Assembly (NCBI GenBank): GCA_964484605.1 | Contig: CAZAGJ010000106.1 | Span: 1-5,411 of the forward strand | DNA: 5,411 bases | Direction: 5' to 3' | Origin: an uncultured Roseburia sp. | GTDB taxonomy: Bacteria; Bacillota; Clostridia; Lachnospirales; Lachnospiraceae | Shown: positions 5,133 to 5,411 of the stretch, piece after piece | How positions within the stretch are numbered: the stretch's first letter is position 1 | Layout: each line of letters begins with the position of its first letter | Notes under the pieces: model-generated | Database searches by the model: none | Seen by the model: the letters and a program-made list of their open reading frames with translations, nothing else | What the model was told of the DNA's origin: nothing | Position numbers and translations under genes: made by a program

Positions 5133-5167
5133 AAAGAAAAAGAGCACCAGCTTTTTCACTGGTGCTC
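5133..5167 (-). terminator. Rho-independent terminator on the minus strand (alternatively, or also, the Rep nick-site hairpin)
   Basis: On the minus strand, GAGCACCAG, loop TGAAAAAG, CTGGTGCTC (a perfect 9-bp stem), followed by TTTTTCTTT. On the plus strand no T-tract follows the stem. It lies downstream of the last gene and the repeat array on the circular map, and upstream of the rep promoter. Confidence 0.7.
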
Positions 5168-5188
5168 CTATCGTTACTGCTCATCTTG

Positions 5189-5411
5189 TCGGGGGTCATC
5201 CATACTGATCAACCTCTCGGAGATCAACCCTACTGATCAACCTCTCGGAGATCAACCCTACTGATCAACCTCTCGGAGATCAACCCTACTGATCAACCTC
5301 TCGGAGATCAACCCTACTGATCAACCTCTCGGAGATCAACCCTACTGATCAACCTCTCGGAGATCAACCCTACTGATCAACCTCTCGGAGATCAACCCTA
5401 CTGATCAACCT
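5189..5411. repeat. Perfect tandem array of the 28-bp unit TCGGAGATCAACCCTACTGATCAACCTC (two 14-bp half-units with the core GATCAACC); candidate iteron array
   Basis: A degenerate half-unit TCGGGGGTCATCCA lies at 5189-5202 and a half-unit TACTGATCAACCTC at 5203-5216. Six identical full units follow at 5217-5384, then a 27-nt partial unit at 5385-5411 cut by the window edge. There are no mismatches among copies. Stop codons occur in all six frames. Confidence 0.95.

Larger units (their letters stand above)
1..5411 (-). mobile_element. Complete small filamentous-phage-like (inovirus-type) ssDNA replicon, probably circular (about 5356 bp once the 55-nt terminal overlap is removed)
   Basis: Co-oriented, overlapping minus-strand genes carry the inovirus hallmark set: rolling-circle Rep, a small beta-rich protein directly after it, an adsorption-type protein with signal peptide and C-terminal anchor, several 41-63 aa hydrophobic proteins, and a Zot/pI P-loop ATPase. 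There is one hairpin-rich non-coding region. Nt 1-55 equal nt 5357-5411. The coding (minus) strand is T-rich, as is typical of packaged inovirus strands. Confidence 0.8.

Noticed and set aside
5203-5411. The 28-bp repeat array as a CRISPR array
   Set aside because: The units are directly adjacent with no spacers. The unit has no CRISPR-like internal stem other than the TGATCA palindrome. No cas genes are present. A repeat-mimic (RNA anti-CRISPR-like) role cannot be excluded without a repeat-database search, but nothing in the sequence supports it.
5203-5411. The array as a coding tandem repeat (including the tail of the plus-strand ORF 4976..5236)
   Set aside because: The unit length of 28 is not a multiple of 3. 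TGA (CTGATC) on the plus strand, and TAG/TGA on the minus strand, close every frame within 84 nt.

Overview
The window reads as one complete, very compact filamentous-phage-like (inovirus-type) ssDNA replicon. Every convincing gene is on the minus strand, and the genes are tightly packed or overlapping. Order on the minus strand: near-consensus promoter (4998-4970); Rep_trans/pT181-type rolling-circle initiator (4935-3757); 79-aa candidate ssDNA-binding protein (3767-3528); a full-length canonical tRNA-Gln(UUG) (3467-3394); 384-aa secreted, C-terminally anchored candidate adsorption protein (3371-2217); small hydrophobic virion-type proteins of 42, 63 and 41 aa plus a 199-aa tail-anchored acidic protein; 56-aa candidate major coat protein (1119-949); a perfect 19-bp-stem hairpin (931-890); Zot/pI-type assembly ATPase (868-233); 65-aa helical ORF (246-49). 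The 65-aa ORF ends in a perfect tandem array of a 28-bp unit. That unit is built from two 14-bp half-units sharing the core GATCAACC. The array runs off the right edge of the window and reappears at the left edge. On the minus strand it is followed by a hairpin terminator (5167-5133) and a hairpin-rich candidate origin region. Nt 1-55 are identical to nt 5357-5411, so this is most simply a circular genome of about 5356 bp, with the repeat copy number unresolved. No integrase, secretin or lysis gene is visible. Strong AGGAG-type ribosome-binding sites, TTG starts and a Rep_trans initiator suggest a Gram-positive-type host (inference). The two least expected elements are the tRNA gene wedged between the replication and structural modules and the phased GATCAACC iteron array. 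Protein family calls rest on motifs I recognise by eye, not on database searches.
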